Of a stretch of 64,000 bases of DNA, positions 8,578-18,876 are shown in pieces. The position numbers and the translations under genes were made by a program. Origin of the DNA: a virus; IMG/VR virus record IMGVR_UViG_3300012971_000018, positions 32,001 through 96,000 of that record; one strand, 5' to 3'. The notes under the pieces were generated by a model. The model worked only from the letters and a program-made list of their open reading frames with translations, was not told where the DNA came from and did no database searches. Every line of letters begins with the position of its first letter. Positions within the stretch are counted from its first letter, which is position 1.

Positions 8578-10069
8578 CGCGGGACCTTTCGCTGCCAAGG
8601 TGGTGAACTCGGTCGACGGCCGCGAGTACTTCGACGAGCCGTACCAGAAATTTGCCACGGCATTTCTGGACTACCGGCGCCAATATGGGAAGCCGGTAGG
8701 CCCGGCGCACCTCGACGACGTCTTCGGCTTCGAACTCCAGAGTGGCGATAGTTCCGCTCGGGTCCGCCGCCTGCTTACCGATCTTAGCACGCTGTGGGAG
8801 AGCGGCGTTAACTCGCAGTACGTCGCCGGCCGCGCGGGCGACCACACCCGGGCGCAAATCCTTAAGCAGGCCATTATGCAGGCCGGCGAAATCTATCGGA
8901 TGGGCGGCGGTGCCGACAACATCGCCGAGATCGAGGCGGTGCTCCACACCGCACTGCGCCATCGTGTCGAGACGCTCGACTCCGGCAAATTTCTTAGCGA
9001 CACGAGCTTCCAATTCCTAAAGCGTGCCTCCGCGCAATTCCGTACCGGGATCGATGTGCTGGACGACCGCGACATCGGTCCAATGGTTGGGGACATCCTG
9101 CTATACATCGCACCAAAAAACACCGGCAAGAGCTGGTTCTGTGTTCATATGGGGAAACAGGGCCTAATGCAGCACGAGAAGGTCGTGCACATCTCGTTGG
9201 AGATGTCCGAGGACGCGGTCCTGGGTCGCTATATGCAATCGCTCTTTTCGGTGGCCTGGAAGAAAGAACCCTACGATGTATCCGAGCTACTGCTCGACGC
9301 CAAAAAGAAGGCTATTGGCTGGAAGAAGGAGGACCCGAAGCCGCATCCGCAGCTTAGCTTCGACCAGCCCGACATTAAGCAGGTCTTGCGGAAGAAAATC
9401 GGCGATTGGGGCATCCGGTTTAACAACGTCGTCATAAAGCAGTTTCCCGGTGGGTGGCTAACGGTCCCCCGGCTGGAGACCTATCTCGACCACCTGGAGG
9501 CCGCCGAGAAGTTTATCCCGACGGTGCTAATTGTCGACTATCCGTACCTTATGAAACTAGATGCCAATAACCAACGGATCGATCTCGGGCGGACGATCGT
9601 GGACCTGCGGGGATTATGCACCAAGCGCGGGATGTCGGGCATCTTTCCGGCGCAGGGGCAGCGCGAGGCGATGAAAGCCAAGCGGGTGCGTTCGACGCAC
9701 GCCGCCGAAGACATTACGCAGGTCTGGACATCCGATACGGTCCTTACCTACAGCCAGACAATCGAGGGCGAGTACCCGCTCGGACTGGCCCGGCTGTATG
9801 TCGACCATGCCCGCGAGCGGCAGAAAGGATTTGAAATGGTGATTACCCAGGCGTATGCCATAGGGCAGTACTGTACATCGTCGGCGTTGCATACCGCCGA
9901 GTACAAGGAAAAGATGGACGCACAAGAGGCCACGAGTGCTACCAACAGCAGCAATCCAGCAGTTCCTAACAGCGCCGCGGGACGACCACAGGTGGATGAA
10001 GAAGCTAACCGTCGAGCAGCTAGACGCCGCGTTGGATCGAATGGTTCCACGCCCGCGTCCAGAAATTAA
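8519..10069 (+). CDS. DnaB-like replicative helicase
   Basis: APKNTGKS Walker A, HISLEM, LIVDY. Confidence 0.85.
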   Translation: MDEQLPSSLQESILAVLAFDAGPFAAKVVNSVDGREYFDEPYQKFATAFLDYRRQYGKPVGPAHLDDVFGFELQSGDSSARVRRLLTDLSTLWESGVNSQYVAGRAGDHTRAQILKQAIMQAGEIYRMGGGADNIAEIEAVLHTALRHRVETLDSGKFLSDTSFQFLKRASAQFRTGIDVLDDRDIGPMVGDILLYIAPKNTGKSWFCVHMGKQGLMQHEKVVHISLEMSEDAVLGRYMQSLFSVAWKKEPYDVSELLLDAKKKAIGWKKEDPKPHPQLSFDQPDIKQVLRKKIGDWGIRFNNVVIKQFPGGWLTVPRLETYLDHLEAAEKFIPTVLIVDYPYLMKLDANNQRIDLGRTIVDLRGLCTKRGMSGIFPAQGQREAMKAKRVRSTHAAEDITQVWTSDTVLTYSQTIEGEYPLGLARLYVDHARERQKGFEMVITQAYAIGQYCTSSALHTAEYKEKMDAQEATSATNSSNPAVPNSAAGRPQVDEEANRRAARRRVGSNGSTPASRN

Positions 10070-11522
10070 GACGCTCCGCAAGCACCAGAAGGTCTCGTTT
10101 CTGTTAGGCGTCGCCTATCCGCAGTTTGCCTTCTGGCTCGATCTCGGCACCGGCAAGACCCGGGTCGCGCTGGAGCTACTGCGCTATTGGTGGGATACGA
10201 AGCATATTACCCGGGCGCTGGTGCTAGTCAAAACGGACAAGGCATTCCGGACGTGGACGACCCAGATCGAGCGGTGGGGGATCGACCTGCCCTGCATGGA
10301 GCTGCCAAAGGGCACTTCGCAGGACAAGTGGTCCCGGTTCGACGGGTTCGGCGACGGGATTATATTGGCGGCCTATCCCGGCTTCGTCCGGATGCTAACC
10401 CGCATGGGGCAGGTTAAGCGGCGCAGGAAGTCTGTCCAAGTTCTAAAGATCGTTCCCAGTTGGGTCGAGCAGTTCTGCGAGGGCATCGGCGCCGTCGTGC
10501 TCGACGAGTCGACCGTGTGCGGGTACCAAGACAGTCGGACGACGCAGCTATGCGCGCGGCTGCGCCAGCGTGCGCAGTTCTTTTATCTGCTCGCCGGCCG
10601 GCCATTCGGCCGCGATCCGAAGCTGTTGTGGTCGCAGAACTACATCCTCGACGGCGGCCAGTCGCTCGGCGAAACGCTCGAACTGTTCTATGGCACGTTC
10701 TACACCAAGAAGCCCCATCGTTGGAGCAACAACCCGTACCACCACGAGTACGTGTTTAAGCAGCGCATGAAGCCGCAGCTTATGCAGATGGCGCAACACC
10801 GCTCGATCTCCTACGCCGAGGAGGAGTGCGGCGACGTCCCGCAGTTCAACTCGATTATCGAGGAGGTCGCGCTCCCGGTCGAGGCCCGCGGTTACTACGA
10901 GCGCACGGTCCAGCAGATTATTGCCGCGCGCGGAAACCTTAGCGCCATGGAGAACGCCTTCGTTCGGATGCGCCAGCTATCGAGTGGCTTCCTGGCCATG
11001 CGCAAGGACGGTGGCGGGCGGGTCGAGATCGCATTCGACGAGAACCCCAAGCTGGAGCTGCAACTGGAGCTGCTCGACAGCATTAGCCCGGGGCACAAGG
11101 CGATCGTGTTTTACGATTTTACATGGAGCGGCCGTGCGCTGTTCTCGAAGCTAAGGGAGATCGACCGCGAGGGCATCTGGCTGTGGGCTGGGACCAAGGA
11201 CCCGGCGGGCGACCAGGAGCGGTTTGCTAGCGACCCGAGGTGCACCGTTGCGATATTGAACAGTAAAGTTGGGGCGTACTCGATCGACGGTTTGCAGGAC
11301 GTGGCGAACTACTGCTTTTTCTACGAGAGCCCGGTGCCGGTAATCGACCGCGAGCAGGCCGAGAAGCGGCTGCGGCGCACGGGCCAGAAGCTGCGCGTAT
11401 TTCAATATGACTTGGTGGTCCGCGGCACGATGGACCGGCGTATTCTGGAGTTCCACAAGGAGGGGGACGACCTCCTGGCAGCGCTTCGCGCCAACCCAAA
11501 AGAATTGTTGCAAGGGCTGTAA
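9936..11522 (+). CDS. SNF2-family helicase
   Basis: DLGTGKT, VLDES, QAEKRLRRTGQ. Confidence 0.85.
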   Translation: MLPTAAIQQFLTAPRDDHRWMKKLTVEQLDAALDRMVPRPRPEIKTLRKHQKVSFLLGVAYPQFAFWLDLGTGKTRVALELLRYWWDTKHITRALVLVKTDKAFRTWTTQIERWGIDLPCMELPKGTSQDKWSRFDGFGDGIILAAYPGFVRMLTRMGQVKRRRKSVQVLKIVPSWVEQFCEGIGAVVLDESTVCGYQDSRTTQLCARLRQRAQFFYLLAGRPFGRDPKLLWSQNYILDGGQSLGETLELFYGTFYTKKPHRWSNNPYHHEYVFKQRMKPQLMQMAQHRSISYAEEECGDVPQFNSIIEEVALPVEARGYYERTVQQIIAARGNLSAMENAFVRMRQLSSGFLAMRKDGGGRVEIAFDENPKLELQLELLDSISPGHKAIVFYDFTWSGRALFSKLREIDREGIWLWAGTKDPAGDQERFASDPRCTVAILNSKVGAYSIDGLQDVANYCFFYESPVPVIDREQAEKRLRRTGQKLRVFQYDLVVRGTMDRRILEFHKEGDDLLAALRANPKELLQGL

Positions 11523-11636
11523 AACCCGCTTGCCTTTTCCAGCGGGGGGTTTACCTTAGCCTGCACAGGTTGCGAGTTTTCTCTTCAACTAACACCACCC
11601 GGTGCGCGCCGCGAGGCGCGTAGCAGAGCTTCTACC

Positions 11637-12662
11637 GTGTTCGACTGGCCCCGCTTCCTAAGAGCGCGCGGGATTGCCTTTGTCACGCGGGGACCCAACG
11701 TCGGCGCAGGGCACGTCGGCGTTCGCTGTCCTTGGTGCGGCGCGGCGGACCCGTCCCAGCACCTCTCGATCTCCCTGCGCGGGAGTTCCTACCATTGTTG
11801 GCGGAACTCGCGGGCGCATTCGGGGTCCAGCCGGGCGTGGCTAATCCAGGCGCTGCTGCGCTGCTCCCCCGAGGAGGCCCGCCAGATCGCCGGGGAGGAT
11901 GCGGTTACCGCTACCCCGAGGGATGCGGACCTCTCGGCCCTTCTTGCAAGCCTCCTGGCCGGCCCTAGGGAGCCCGTACGCGCGATTTCCCTCGAATTAG
12001 GTCCCGAGCTACGGCCGCTCCGGCAAAACGTCGGGGTGGCCTCTATTTTCTGGGGCTACCTGCTCGACCGGGGCTTCGAGGAGCGGGACCTGCGGTGGGT
12101 TGCGGAGGCGTATGACCTCCGGTTTGCGATAAAGGGGGTCGACCGTTATCGGGTCGTTATCCCGGTTTATGGCGCCGACGGCCGGCTCGCGACGTGGACC
12201 GGGCGCTCGGTGCTCGTGGACGAGCGGCTACGCTATCGGACGCTGCCGATGCGTCCCCCGTTCCCCGGCTATTCCGGCCCGCTCGCGCGGCTTCCCACGA
12301 CGGACCTGCTCCTGGGGATGCAGGTTCTCCAGCGCGTTGCCAATCCCGAGACATTAGTCGTCGCCGAAGGACCGCTCGACGCGCTTAAGGTTTCCGCGCT
12401 CGGTCGGACCCGCGGCATCTACGGGACATGCCTGTTTGGACTTAACATGAGCGAGGCGCAAGCCTTGCAGATCGAACGGATAGCGACGAGGTTCCGGCGC
12501 GTCGTTGTCCTGCTGGACCCGGATGCACAGACGCTAAATTTGCGAGTGGCGTCGCGTACCATGTGCCCGATGTCCGTTGGCAAACTGCCGGATGGCGTCG
12601 AGGACCCGGGAGCACTAACGCGGAGGAGCTTCGACAAGTTTGTGGAGCTAAGTTATGGGTAA
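11637..12662 (+). CDS. DNA primase (Zn finger + TOPRIM)
   Basis: CPWC...HCW, VAEGPLDAL, LDPD, DPG. Confidence 0.85.
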   Translation: MFDWPRFLRARGIAFVTRGPNVGAGHVGVRCPWCGAADPSQHLSISLRGSSYHCWRNSRAHSGSSRAWLIQALLRCSPEEARQIAGEDAVTATPRDADLSALLASLLAGPREPVRAISLELGPELRPLRQNVGVASIFWGYLLDRGFEERDLRWVAEAYDLRFAIKGVDRYRVVIPVYGADGRLATWTGRSVLVDERLRYRTLPMRPPFPGYSGPLARLPTTDLLLGMQVLQRVANPETLVVAEGPLDALKVSALGRTRGIYGTCLFGLNMSEAQALQIERIATRFRRVVVLLDPDAQTLNLRVASRTMCPMSVGKLPDGVEDPGALTRRSFDKFVELSYG

Positions 12663-13254
12663 TGAGGCACAGGGAAAGTATCTGGACGATGCAGTGCGGG
12701 GCTACATCGTAAACTTCGCCCGCAAGCATTTCTGGCGGGTGTCGTCGTGGTACGAGTTCGACGATCTTGTTCAGGATGGCTACCTGGTCTACGCGAAGTG
12801 CCGCAAGGGGTTTACCCCGGGCGACGCGCCGGAGACCGAGCACCAACGGATGTTCATGGCCTACTTTAAGGGGGCGCTGCAAAACCACATAACCGACTTG
12901 CAGCAGGACCCCCGCTCGCAGCGCATCGAGGTCGCGGTCGCCGATCTTGCCGAGGGCACCAGCCTCGACGGCGAGCAGGACCTCGAAGAGGCGGTGGCCA
13001 CGATTATCGCCCGGGCACCGTCGGAGATCGTCGACCTGCTTAAGCGCATCTTCGTCGATGGGGCGACCGAGGTGCCTTTTCTGGTACGGACGAGGATGGT
13101 GAAACAGCACTTGCCGGGGGCCGCCGTAGCGCGTATAACGCGCTCGCGTTGTCCTATTCGGGAGACCAATATCCAGCGGATCGACCGCTGTCTCGGAGCA
13201 GGCTCTGCGGCTAAGTTGCGCCAGTTTCTTAATGAGAGTGCCGGTTTAGTATGA
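12655..13254 (+). CDS. sigma-factor-like protein
   Basis: region-2-like FDDLVQDGYLVY...FMAYFKGALQNHITD. Confidence 0.6.
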   Translation: MGNEAQGKYLDDAVRGYIVNFARKHFWRVSSWYEFDDLVQDGYLVYAKCRKGFTPGDAPETEHQRMFMAYFKGALQNHITDLQQDPRSQRIEVAVADLAEGTSLDGEQDLEEAVATIIARAPSEIVDLLKRIFVDGATEVPFLVRTRMVKQHLPGAAVARITRSRCPIRETNIQRIDRCLGAGSAAKLRQFLNESAGLV

Positions 13255-13287
13255 TTTAACGCAACCCCCCGCAGAAGGAACGATCCC

Positions 13288-14043
13288 ATGCCCGAGACAA
13301 TGGAATTTAAGGATGGCATCTTTACCGCGACCACCCTCGACCCGAACGGCGAGACCGTGGTTTCGACGGCGTCCGCGGAGGATGTCCAGAAGGTGCTTAT
13401 CGAAGCGGCCAAGGTTAAGCGCAAGCCCGGCGAGACAGCGGAAGAGTTTACGACCCGACTGGTCCTAAAGCTTAACAGGATGGTGGATGAGTCGAAGGAC
13501 CTCTGGGCCAGTCTCGGCACGGTGGCACAGTTCTGGATGAACGAGAATGTTGGTCCGCTGGACGATCCGCCGCAGCCGGTTCTGTATTTGTTGAGTGTCG
13601 GGGAGGCCGAGGCCGAGCCCGAGCCCGAAGTGCAGGAGGAGACAGTGGAAGCATCTACCCACACGAATGGCGTAAAGCGCGCGAAGCCGGGCAGACCCAA
13701 GGCCGCCGCCAAGAAGGTACAGCCGGTTGTCCAGGCCGCCAAGAAGGCCAAGAAGGCCGCGCCGCCCAAAGCCAAGGCCAAGTCGATTAAGGCCAAGCTG
13801 GGCAGGCCGGCCAAGGTCGCCACCAAGAAGGCGGTGGATAACCGTGGCCGCGCGGCGACTTACGGTCTCGACCAGAAGATAAAGATGCTGGTTAAGAAGA
13901 ACCCGCACCGGGAGGGCTCCGGCCGCTACAAGCGGTGGCCGAAGTACCGGGATGGGATGACGGTCGGGGAGGCGCTAAAGGCCGGCTTTATCCGCCAGAA
14001 CCTGTACTGGTCGATCCAAGACGGCCACATCCAGATCAAATAA
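13288..14043 (+). CDS. Lys/Ala-rich putative DNA-binding protein
   Basis: H1-like KKAKKAAP tract plus C-terminal NPHREGS...GMTVGEALKAG domain. Confidence 0.6.
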   Translation: MPETMEFKDGIFTATTLDPNGETVVSTASAEDVQKVLIEAAKVKRKPGETAEEFTTRLVLKLNRMVDESKDLWASLGTVAQFWMNENVGPLDDPPQPVLYLLSVGEAEAEPEPEVQEETVEASTHTNGVKRAKPGRPKAAAKKVQPVVQAAKKAKKAAPPKAKAKSIKAKLGRPAKVATKKAVDNRGRAATYGLDQKIKMLVKKNPHREGSGRYKRWPKYRDGMTVGEALKAGFIRQNLYWSIQDGHIQIK

Positions 14044-14044
14044 C

Positions 14045-14842
14045 GTGGTCGTCGAGGGAACCCCGCTAGAGGACTATCTCGTCGAGTACGGTTTGGTTGT
14101 GAAGCGGGAGGACCTGTGCTGCCCCGACGGGCCACGGTTCTCGAAGGCGCGCGGCGTCTACGCACACATTAAGAAGCAGCCGACAAAGTCGATCGCCGTG
14201 CTCGACACCCTCCATTCGCGTGGAGGGTGGGCGGTCGCGCAGGCTTGTGCGCTGCTCGGCAAGCGCTGCCAAGTCTTCTTTCCGGTTCGGAAGTATGCCG
14301 ACGCCGTCCCTGGCCTGTACCAGCGCGCCGCGGCGAAGTTCGGTGCGGAGCTATGCCCTGTTCCGGCCGTACGCTCGGCGATCCTCTATTCGCAGGTACG
14401 GAAGACGCTCGGGGCCGACGTTTACCTAATGCCCAATGCGCTTAAGCTCGACGAGAGCATTTCCGAGACGGCAAGCGAAGTGCTGCGGACGAAGCTCCCG
14501 CCGGGGATATCCACCATGCTGGTCTCGGTGTCGTCGGGGACGATCGCGGCGGGGGTTATCTGTGGGCTGCGATCGGCGGGCTGGCGTGGGAACATACTTA
14601 TTCATTTAGGCTACTCCCGTTCGAAGGCGGGGTTGCTAAACTATATTCGGTCTCGACAGCCGTGGGGCGGCTATCCGCCGACAACAGCGATCGACGAGGG
14701 GTATGCTTATTCGGACGTAGCCCGGTCCGGCCAGACGCCACCGTTCCCGTGCGACCAGTACTATGATTTGAAGGCGTTTCGGTGGTGGGATGCGGTGGGC
14801 CGGGAGCGCTACAAGAGGGCCATATTCTGGAATATTGGCTAA
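14045..14842 (+). CDS. PLP-dependent enzyme (fold type II), putative DNA-linked amino-acid decarboxylase
   Basis: VKREDL...SKARG, SVSSGTIAAG, YYDLKA, FWNIG; location in modification cluster. Confidence 0.8.
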   Translation: MVVEGTPLEDYLVEYGLVVKREDLCCPDGPRFSKARGVYAHIKKQPTKSIAVLDTLHSRGGWAVAQACALLGKRCQVFFPVRKYADAVPGLYQRAAAKFGAELCPVPAVRSAILYSQVRKTLGADVYLMPNALKLDESISETASEVLRTKLPPGISTMLVSVSSGTIAAGVICGLRSAGWRGNILIHLGYSRSKAGLLNYIRSRQPWGGYPPTTAIDEGYAYSDVARSGQTPPFPCDQYYDLKAFRWWDAVGRERYKRAIFWNIG

Positions 14843-14843
14843 T

Positions 14844-15758
14844 ATGGCAACCAAGCATAAATATTCTTGTACTGATACTCATTGGACCTACGGCGCCGAG
14901 TTCGAGCTGGACGACTGGCCGCGAAACGAGCCGTTGCCGGATGGGATGCACATCGATTACGACTGGTCGCTGGTAAATTCCAACGGCGTGGCGGTCGACG
15001 GACCGGGCGAGCTGTACCATCTGGGCGGCGAAATCCTGGCCCGTCCGTCCAATACGGTTAGCGGGGTCGCCGACCAGCTTGCGACGATTATGCACAAGTG
15101 GCCGCAGATTACGATTAACCACCGGACCGGGGTCCACATTCATATTAGGGTGCCCGGGCTGCGCGACGACCTGGAGAAGCTAAAAACGCTCCAGCGCAAT
15201 ATCCACGCCTGGATGCCGATACTGCTCCCGCTGGTCGAGCCGATCCCGCTTCCCCGGCCGGGGTGCGGCCCGGTGTGGAAGGGGGAGATTTGGTGCTACA
15301 AGAGGTGGAAGAAGCAGCACCAATATCTGCTGGAACCGTGGCGGGTAGCGCGCCAGATGGCGGCGCGAACCCCGCGGGAATTCTTCGAGGCCGAGGCGCT
15401 CCACGTTCCGTCCGGGCGGGTGCCCTGGGCGACCCGCCCGCGAGCTTGCGTAAACCTCCGCCAACTCCTGCAAACCGATACGATCGAGTTCCGGCACTTC
15501 CCGGGCAGTACGTCTCCTCACATTGTGAAGAACTGGGGGCTGTGGTGCCAGTTATTTTTGGAGCTTGCTTTGGAGCTTGTTCTGGGCGAGGACATTCCGT
15601 ATGATTTGACGGAATTCCTAAAAGGCTGGCAGACGCCGAAGTTCCCTCCGTACGACCATTGGTTGGAGACCGGTTATCGGTTTACCTCGCGGCGCTACCA
15701 TTCGAAGGACGAGGTCCGGGCGAACATAAAGACGTGGTTGGGAAGGAAGCGACCATGA
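14844..15758 (+). CDS. amidoligase-family protein in the modification cluster
   Basis: TYGAEFE, GGEILARP, TGVHIHI, TIEFRHFPGS. Confidence 0.75.
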   Translation: MATKHKYSCTDTHWTYGAEFELDDWPRNEPLPDGMHIDYDWSLVNSNGVAVDGPGELYHLGGEILARPSNTVSGVADQLATIMHKWPQITINHRTGVHIHIRVPGLRDDLEKLKTLQRNIHAWMPILLPLVEPIPLPRPGCGPVWKGEIWCYKRWKKQHQYLLEPWRVARQMAARTPREFFEAEALHVPSGRVPWATRPRACVNLRQLLQTDTIEFRHFPGSTSPHIVKNWGLWCQLFLELALELVLGEDIPYDLTEFLKGWQTPKFPPYDHWLETGYRFTSRRYHSKDEVRANIKTWLGRKRP

Positions 15759-16405
15759 AGCGGTTGGCGATCGTTACCGGGGCGGCTGGGGGCATTGGCA
15801 AGGCCGTTTGCGATAAGTTCCGGCAAGATGGTTGGGATGTCGTTGGCGTCGATATCGAGACCGACTGCGGGATTGGGAGATACGATGTGTCCGATCCGGG
15901 TGCAGTGCGCGAGCTTTTCCAAAAGATTAAAGGGGGCCGGAGCGAGAGGAAGGCGTTGGTAAACTGTGCGGGAGCGATCGAGTTCAATTCGATCCCCGAC
16001 ACTACTCTCCAAGACTGGAACCTTATGCTCCAGCATAATCTAACGACGGCGTTCGTTATGACCCGCGAGTTTGCCAAGTTCGGGTTGGGGACGATTGTAA
16101 ATGTTAGCTCGGTTAACGCGACCCTTTCGAGCGAGCACCGGGTAGGCTATGCGGCGGCGAAGGGCGGCATCGAGGCGTTTACCCGCATTTCGGCAACCCA
16201 GCTCGGCCCTAATATCCGGGTTAATTGCGTGGCGCTGGGGCCGATCCAGACCCGACAGGCAAACGGCCTGTCGCGACGGAATGTGCTGGGCCGGATCGGC
16301 TTGCCGGTCGAGGCGGCGGACCCGATCGTGTGGCTCTGTGGCGATGGAGCGTCGTACATTACCGGAGCAACGCTGGCAGTGGATGGGGGCTACGGGCTTA
16401 TTTAG
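15755..16405 (+). CDS. short-chain dehydrogenase/reductase
   Basis: TGAAGGIG, NCAG, VSS, YAAAK, VDGG. Confidence 0.92.
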   Translation: MKRLAIVTGAAGGIGKAVCDKFRQDGWDVVGVDIETDCGIGRYDVSDPGAVRELFQKIKGGRSERKALVNCAGAIEFNSIPDTTLQDWNLMLQHNLTTAFVMTREFAKFGLGTIVNVSSVNATLSSEHRVGYAAAKGGIEAFTRISATQLGPNIRVNCVALGPIQTRQANGLSRRNVLGRIGLPVEAADPIVWLCGDGASYITGATLAVDGGYGLI

Positions 16406-16414
16406 GAGGGCCGA

Positions 16415-16771
16415 ATGGTGGTGTCTGCTCGGTGGGCAAATCGAGAGGATGCTCAACTAGATGGATACGGTATATTCTGGTGCGATGGGAAATCGCATCG
16501 TGCCCATCGTTGGATTTTTGAGAGGTGTGTTCGTAAGCTTAAGCCTTATGAGCAGGTTCTACATAAATTCGATAACACATGCTGCGTTAATTTAGACTGT
16601 TTGTATGTGGGAACCCACGCGGATAACATGCGGGACCTTCGCGAGCGGGGTAATGCTAAGGGCATTCCAAAGAGTGAGGAATGGAAGCGAAAAGCTCGTG
16701 CTGTCCCACAAGAAGTCCGCCGTCGTGCGGCTTTATTGGCTTGGAGACGTCGCCATGCAAAGCGAACTTGA
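16415..16771 (+). CDS. free-standing HNH homing endonuclease
   Basis: AHRW...VLHKFDNTCCVN...GTHADNMRD; lower GC. Confidence 0.8.
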   Translation: MVVSARWANREDAQLDGYGIFWCDGKSHRAHRWIFERCVRKLKPYEQVLHKFDNTCCVNLDCLYVGTHADNMRDLRERGNAKGIPKSEEWKRKARAVPQEVRRRAALLAWRRRHAKRT

Positions 16772-18137
16772 TTGGATTAACCAGGACACCGCTAAGGAAA
16801 CGTACAATTACTACATGCGTACCGACCCGTCTATGCGCGAGATACTCGGCCCTATCGAGGAAGTATACGATGAGCACACAGGTCGGAAAATGCGTAGGCG
16901 GTTAGCAAAAGTGGCGATGATCCGAGGCTCAAAAGACGGTAAGGAAACTATAATCTATCTAGACCCGCTGCCACATGTTAGACTTGACAAGGCCAAGGAT
17001 TTGCAAGGTTGGTACAGTGGAAAAACAGACGGTGCTACTCGTGGGCAAAGAGACCGTCCTTGTATGACGGATGCTATCCTTACCCAACCCTATGGGGGCA
17101 CTTGCGAGGTCCAATGTGGGTTTTGCTACGTGAATTCTGGGTTTAGAGGATATCGCGGAGCTGGATTGACTACAGTTCCAATGGGATATGGAACGCATGT
17201 GCGCGCGCAGCTTAGTTCTATGAAGGTTGCTACGGCTGGATATTTTACGAGCTTTCACGATCCTTTCAACAGTTTGGAGGAGTACTACCACAACACCCAG
17301 CAGGGAGCCCAGGCATTTGTTGATTATGACCTTCCAATATTCTTCCTATCGCGGCTGTCCTATCCGGAGTGGGCGATAAACCTGCTACGTACTAACCCTT
17401 ACAGCTACGCGCAGAAATCGATCAATACGCCGGACCCCGAGGATTGGAAGAAGCTAAGCCCGGGTGCGCTGCCGCTCGCCGACCACTTCGCGGAGATTGC
17501 CAAGCTGCGCGCGGCCGGCATCTACGTGTCGATCCAGGTTAACCCCGTCGTCCCCGGCATTACGACCCACGAGGAGGTGGAGCAGCTATTCGAGAAGCTC
17601 GCCGCGGCCGGTGCCAACCACGTAATCGTTAAGTTCGTCGAGGCGAGCCACGCCTGGGTCGGCGCGATGGTGGAGCGGATGGCTACCCGGTTCGGCGCCA
17701 ACCGGGCGGCGCATTTCCGCGAGCTGTTCGTCGAGAATTCCTGCGGCGGGCAGAAGACCATAGCCGAGGAGTACCGGCGCGAGGGCCATACGCGGTACCG
17801 TAAGCGGGCTACTGAATTGGGGATGACCTATGCGTTGTGCTACGAGTACACGCGCACGCCCGACGGCTGGAAGTCGATGGGACCGGAGTTTCTAACGTCG
17901 GAGCAGTGCCACGGCCACCGGGTGCCGATGCATGTGCGACGAATGGGCAGATTTAGTCCGCTCTCGGTATGTCCTCCATCGGGGTGCCTGTCGTGCGCCG
18001 ACGAGAGCGGGAAAGGAAAATGCGGTTCGACCCTGCTCGGAGCGGCGAAGGCACTACGGATATCCGATTTGCGCAAGGATTGGGATGGAGACCCGGAGCA
18101 TGTTAGGACCCGCCGAGTTCGGGCGCCAGCTAATTAA
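16755..18137 (+). CDS. radical SAM enzyme (putative DNA-base isomerase)
   Basis: CEVQCGFC (CxxxCxxC); start MQSEL after GGAG; extra C-terminal Cys cluster. Confidence 0.85.
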   Translation: MQSELDWINQDTAKETYNYYMRTDPSMREILGPIEEVYDEHTGRKMRRRLAKVAMIRGSKDGKETIIYLDPLPHVRLDKAKDLQGWYSGKTDGATRGQRDRPCMTDAILTQPYGGTCEVQCGFCYVNSGFRGYRGAGLTTVPMGYGTHVRAQLSSMKVATAGYFTSFHDPFNSLEEYYHNTQQGAQAFVDYDLPIFFLSRLSYPEWAINLLRTNPYSYAQKSINTPDPEDWKKLSPGALPLADHFAEIAKLRAAGIYVSIQVNPVVPGITTHEEVEQLFEKLAAAGANHVIVKFVEASHAWVGAMVERMATRFGANRAAHFRELFVENSCGGQKTIAEEYRREGHTRYRKRATELGMTYALCYEYTRTPDGWKSMGPEFLTSEQCHGHRVPMHVRRMGRFSPLSVCPPSGCLSCADESGKGKCGSTLLGAAKALRISDLRKDWDGDPEHVRTRRVRAPAN

Positions 18138-18876
18138 GACCGGAGACCTCGATCCGGTCTACATCGCCATTAACGGTGCAAAGCTCCCCCACAAGCAACT
18201 GGCCAAGCTCCTGTTCGCCTATTGGTGTTTCTACCATCTGGGCCTCGCGGCGTGGCTATCCGAGCAGAAACACTATTGGCGATCGATGCGGACCGCGGCG
18301 GAGAACGTAACCGAGACCCCGTACGGCGGTCCCTGGCCGCGCGGTACGGAGCGTCGCCACTTCCGCGGTTACCTGGCGGTGCGTGCGGTGGACATCCTGT
18401 CGAGGAAGTCCCCCGAGGCGTATGTCGAGGCTCTGTTGAAGATGCGGACCGTGGCGGAGATTATGGGCGCTACCAGCCAATGGCCGCTGTTTGGACCGTG
18501 GATCGGCTACAAGATTGCGGATATGGTCGATCGGTGTCTTGGCTCTCCGGTCGAGTTTACCCCGGACGTCTGCCTGCTCTACAAGGAGCCCCGGGCCGCA
18601 CTCGATCTTATCCCCGGGGCGGTTTCGGCCGAGCAGAAGCTGGTCGATTTGCTGGGCGAGCTGGACGACCAGAAAGCCCCGCCAACGGGCGACCGGGCGC
18701 TGGGCTTCGCCGAGGTCGAGACCGTGCTGTGTAAGTGGAAGTCCTACCGTAGCAAGCATTATTTCATTGGGAAGGACATCTACGAGGTGCGCCACCACTT
18801 GGCCCATTGGGGTGCGGGCACGATGCTAAAGGCCATGCCGGCGGTGCCGTTCATATTCCGGGGGCGGATGCCATGA
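18100..18876 (+). CDS. amino acid:DNA transferase (aGPT-Pplase2 family)
   Basis: GDLDPVY, RGTERRHFRG, FGPWIGYKIADM, EVETVLCKWKS. Confidence 0.8.
   Translation: MLGPAEFGRQLIKTGDLDPVYIAINGAKLPHKQLAKLLFAYWCFYHLGLAAWLSEQKHYWRSMRTAAENVTETPYGGPWPRGTERRHFRGYLAVRAVDILSRKSPEAYVEALLKMRTVAEIMGATSQWPLFGPWIGYKIADMVDRCLGSPVEFTPDVCLLYKEPRAALDLIPGAVSAEQKLVDLLGELDDQKAPPTGDRALGFAEVETVLCKWKSYRSKHYFIGKDIYEVRHHLAHWGAGTMLKAMPAVPFIFRGRMP

Noticed and set aside
11530-11557. TTGCCT-N16-TACCTT promoter (similar one at 33442)
   Set aside because: Weak consensus match with inconsistent spacing; cannot be supported from sequence alone
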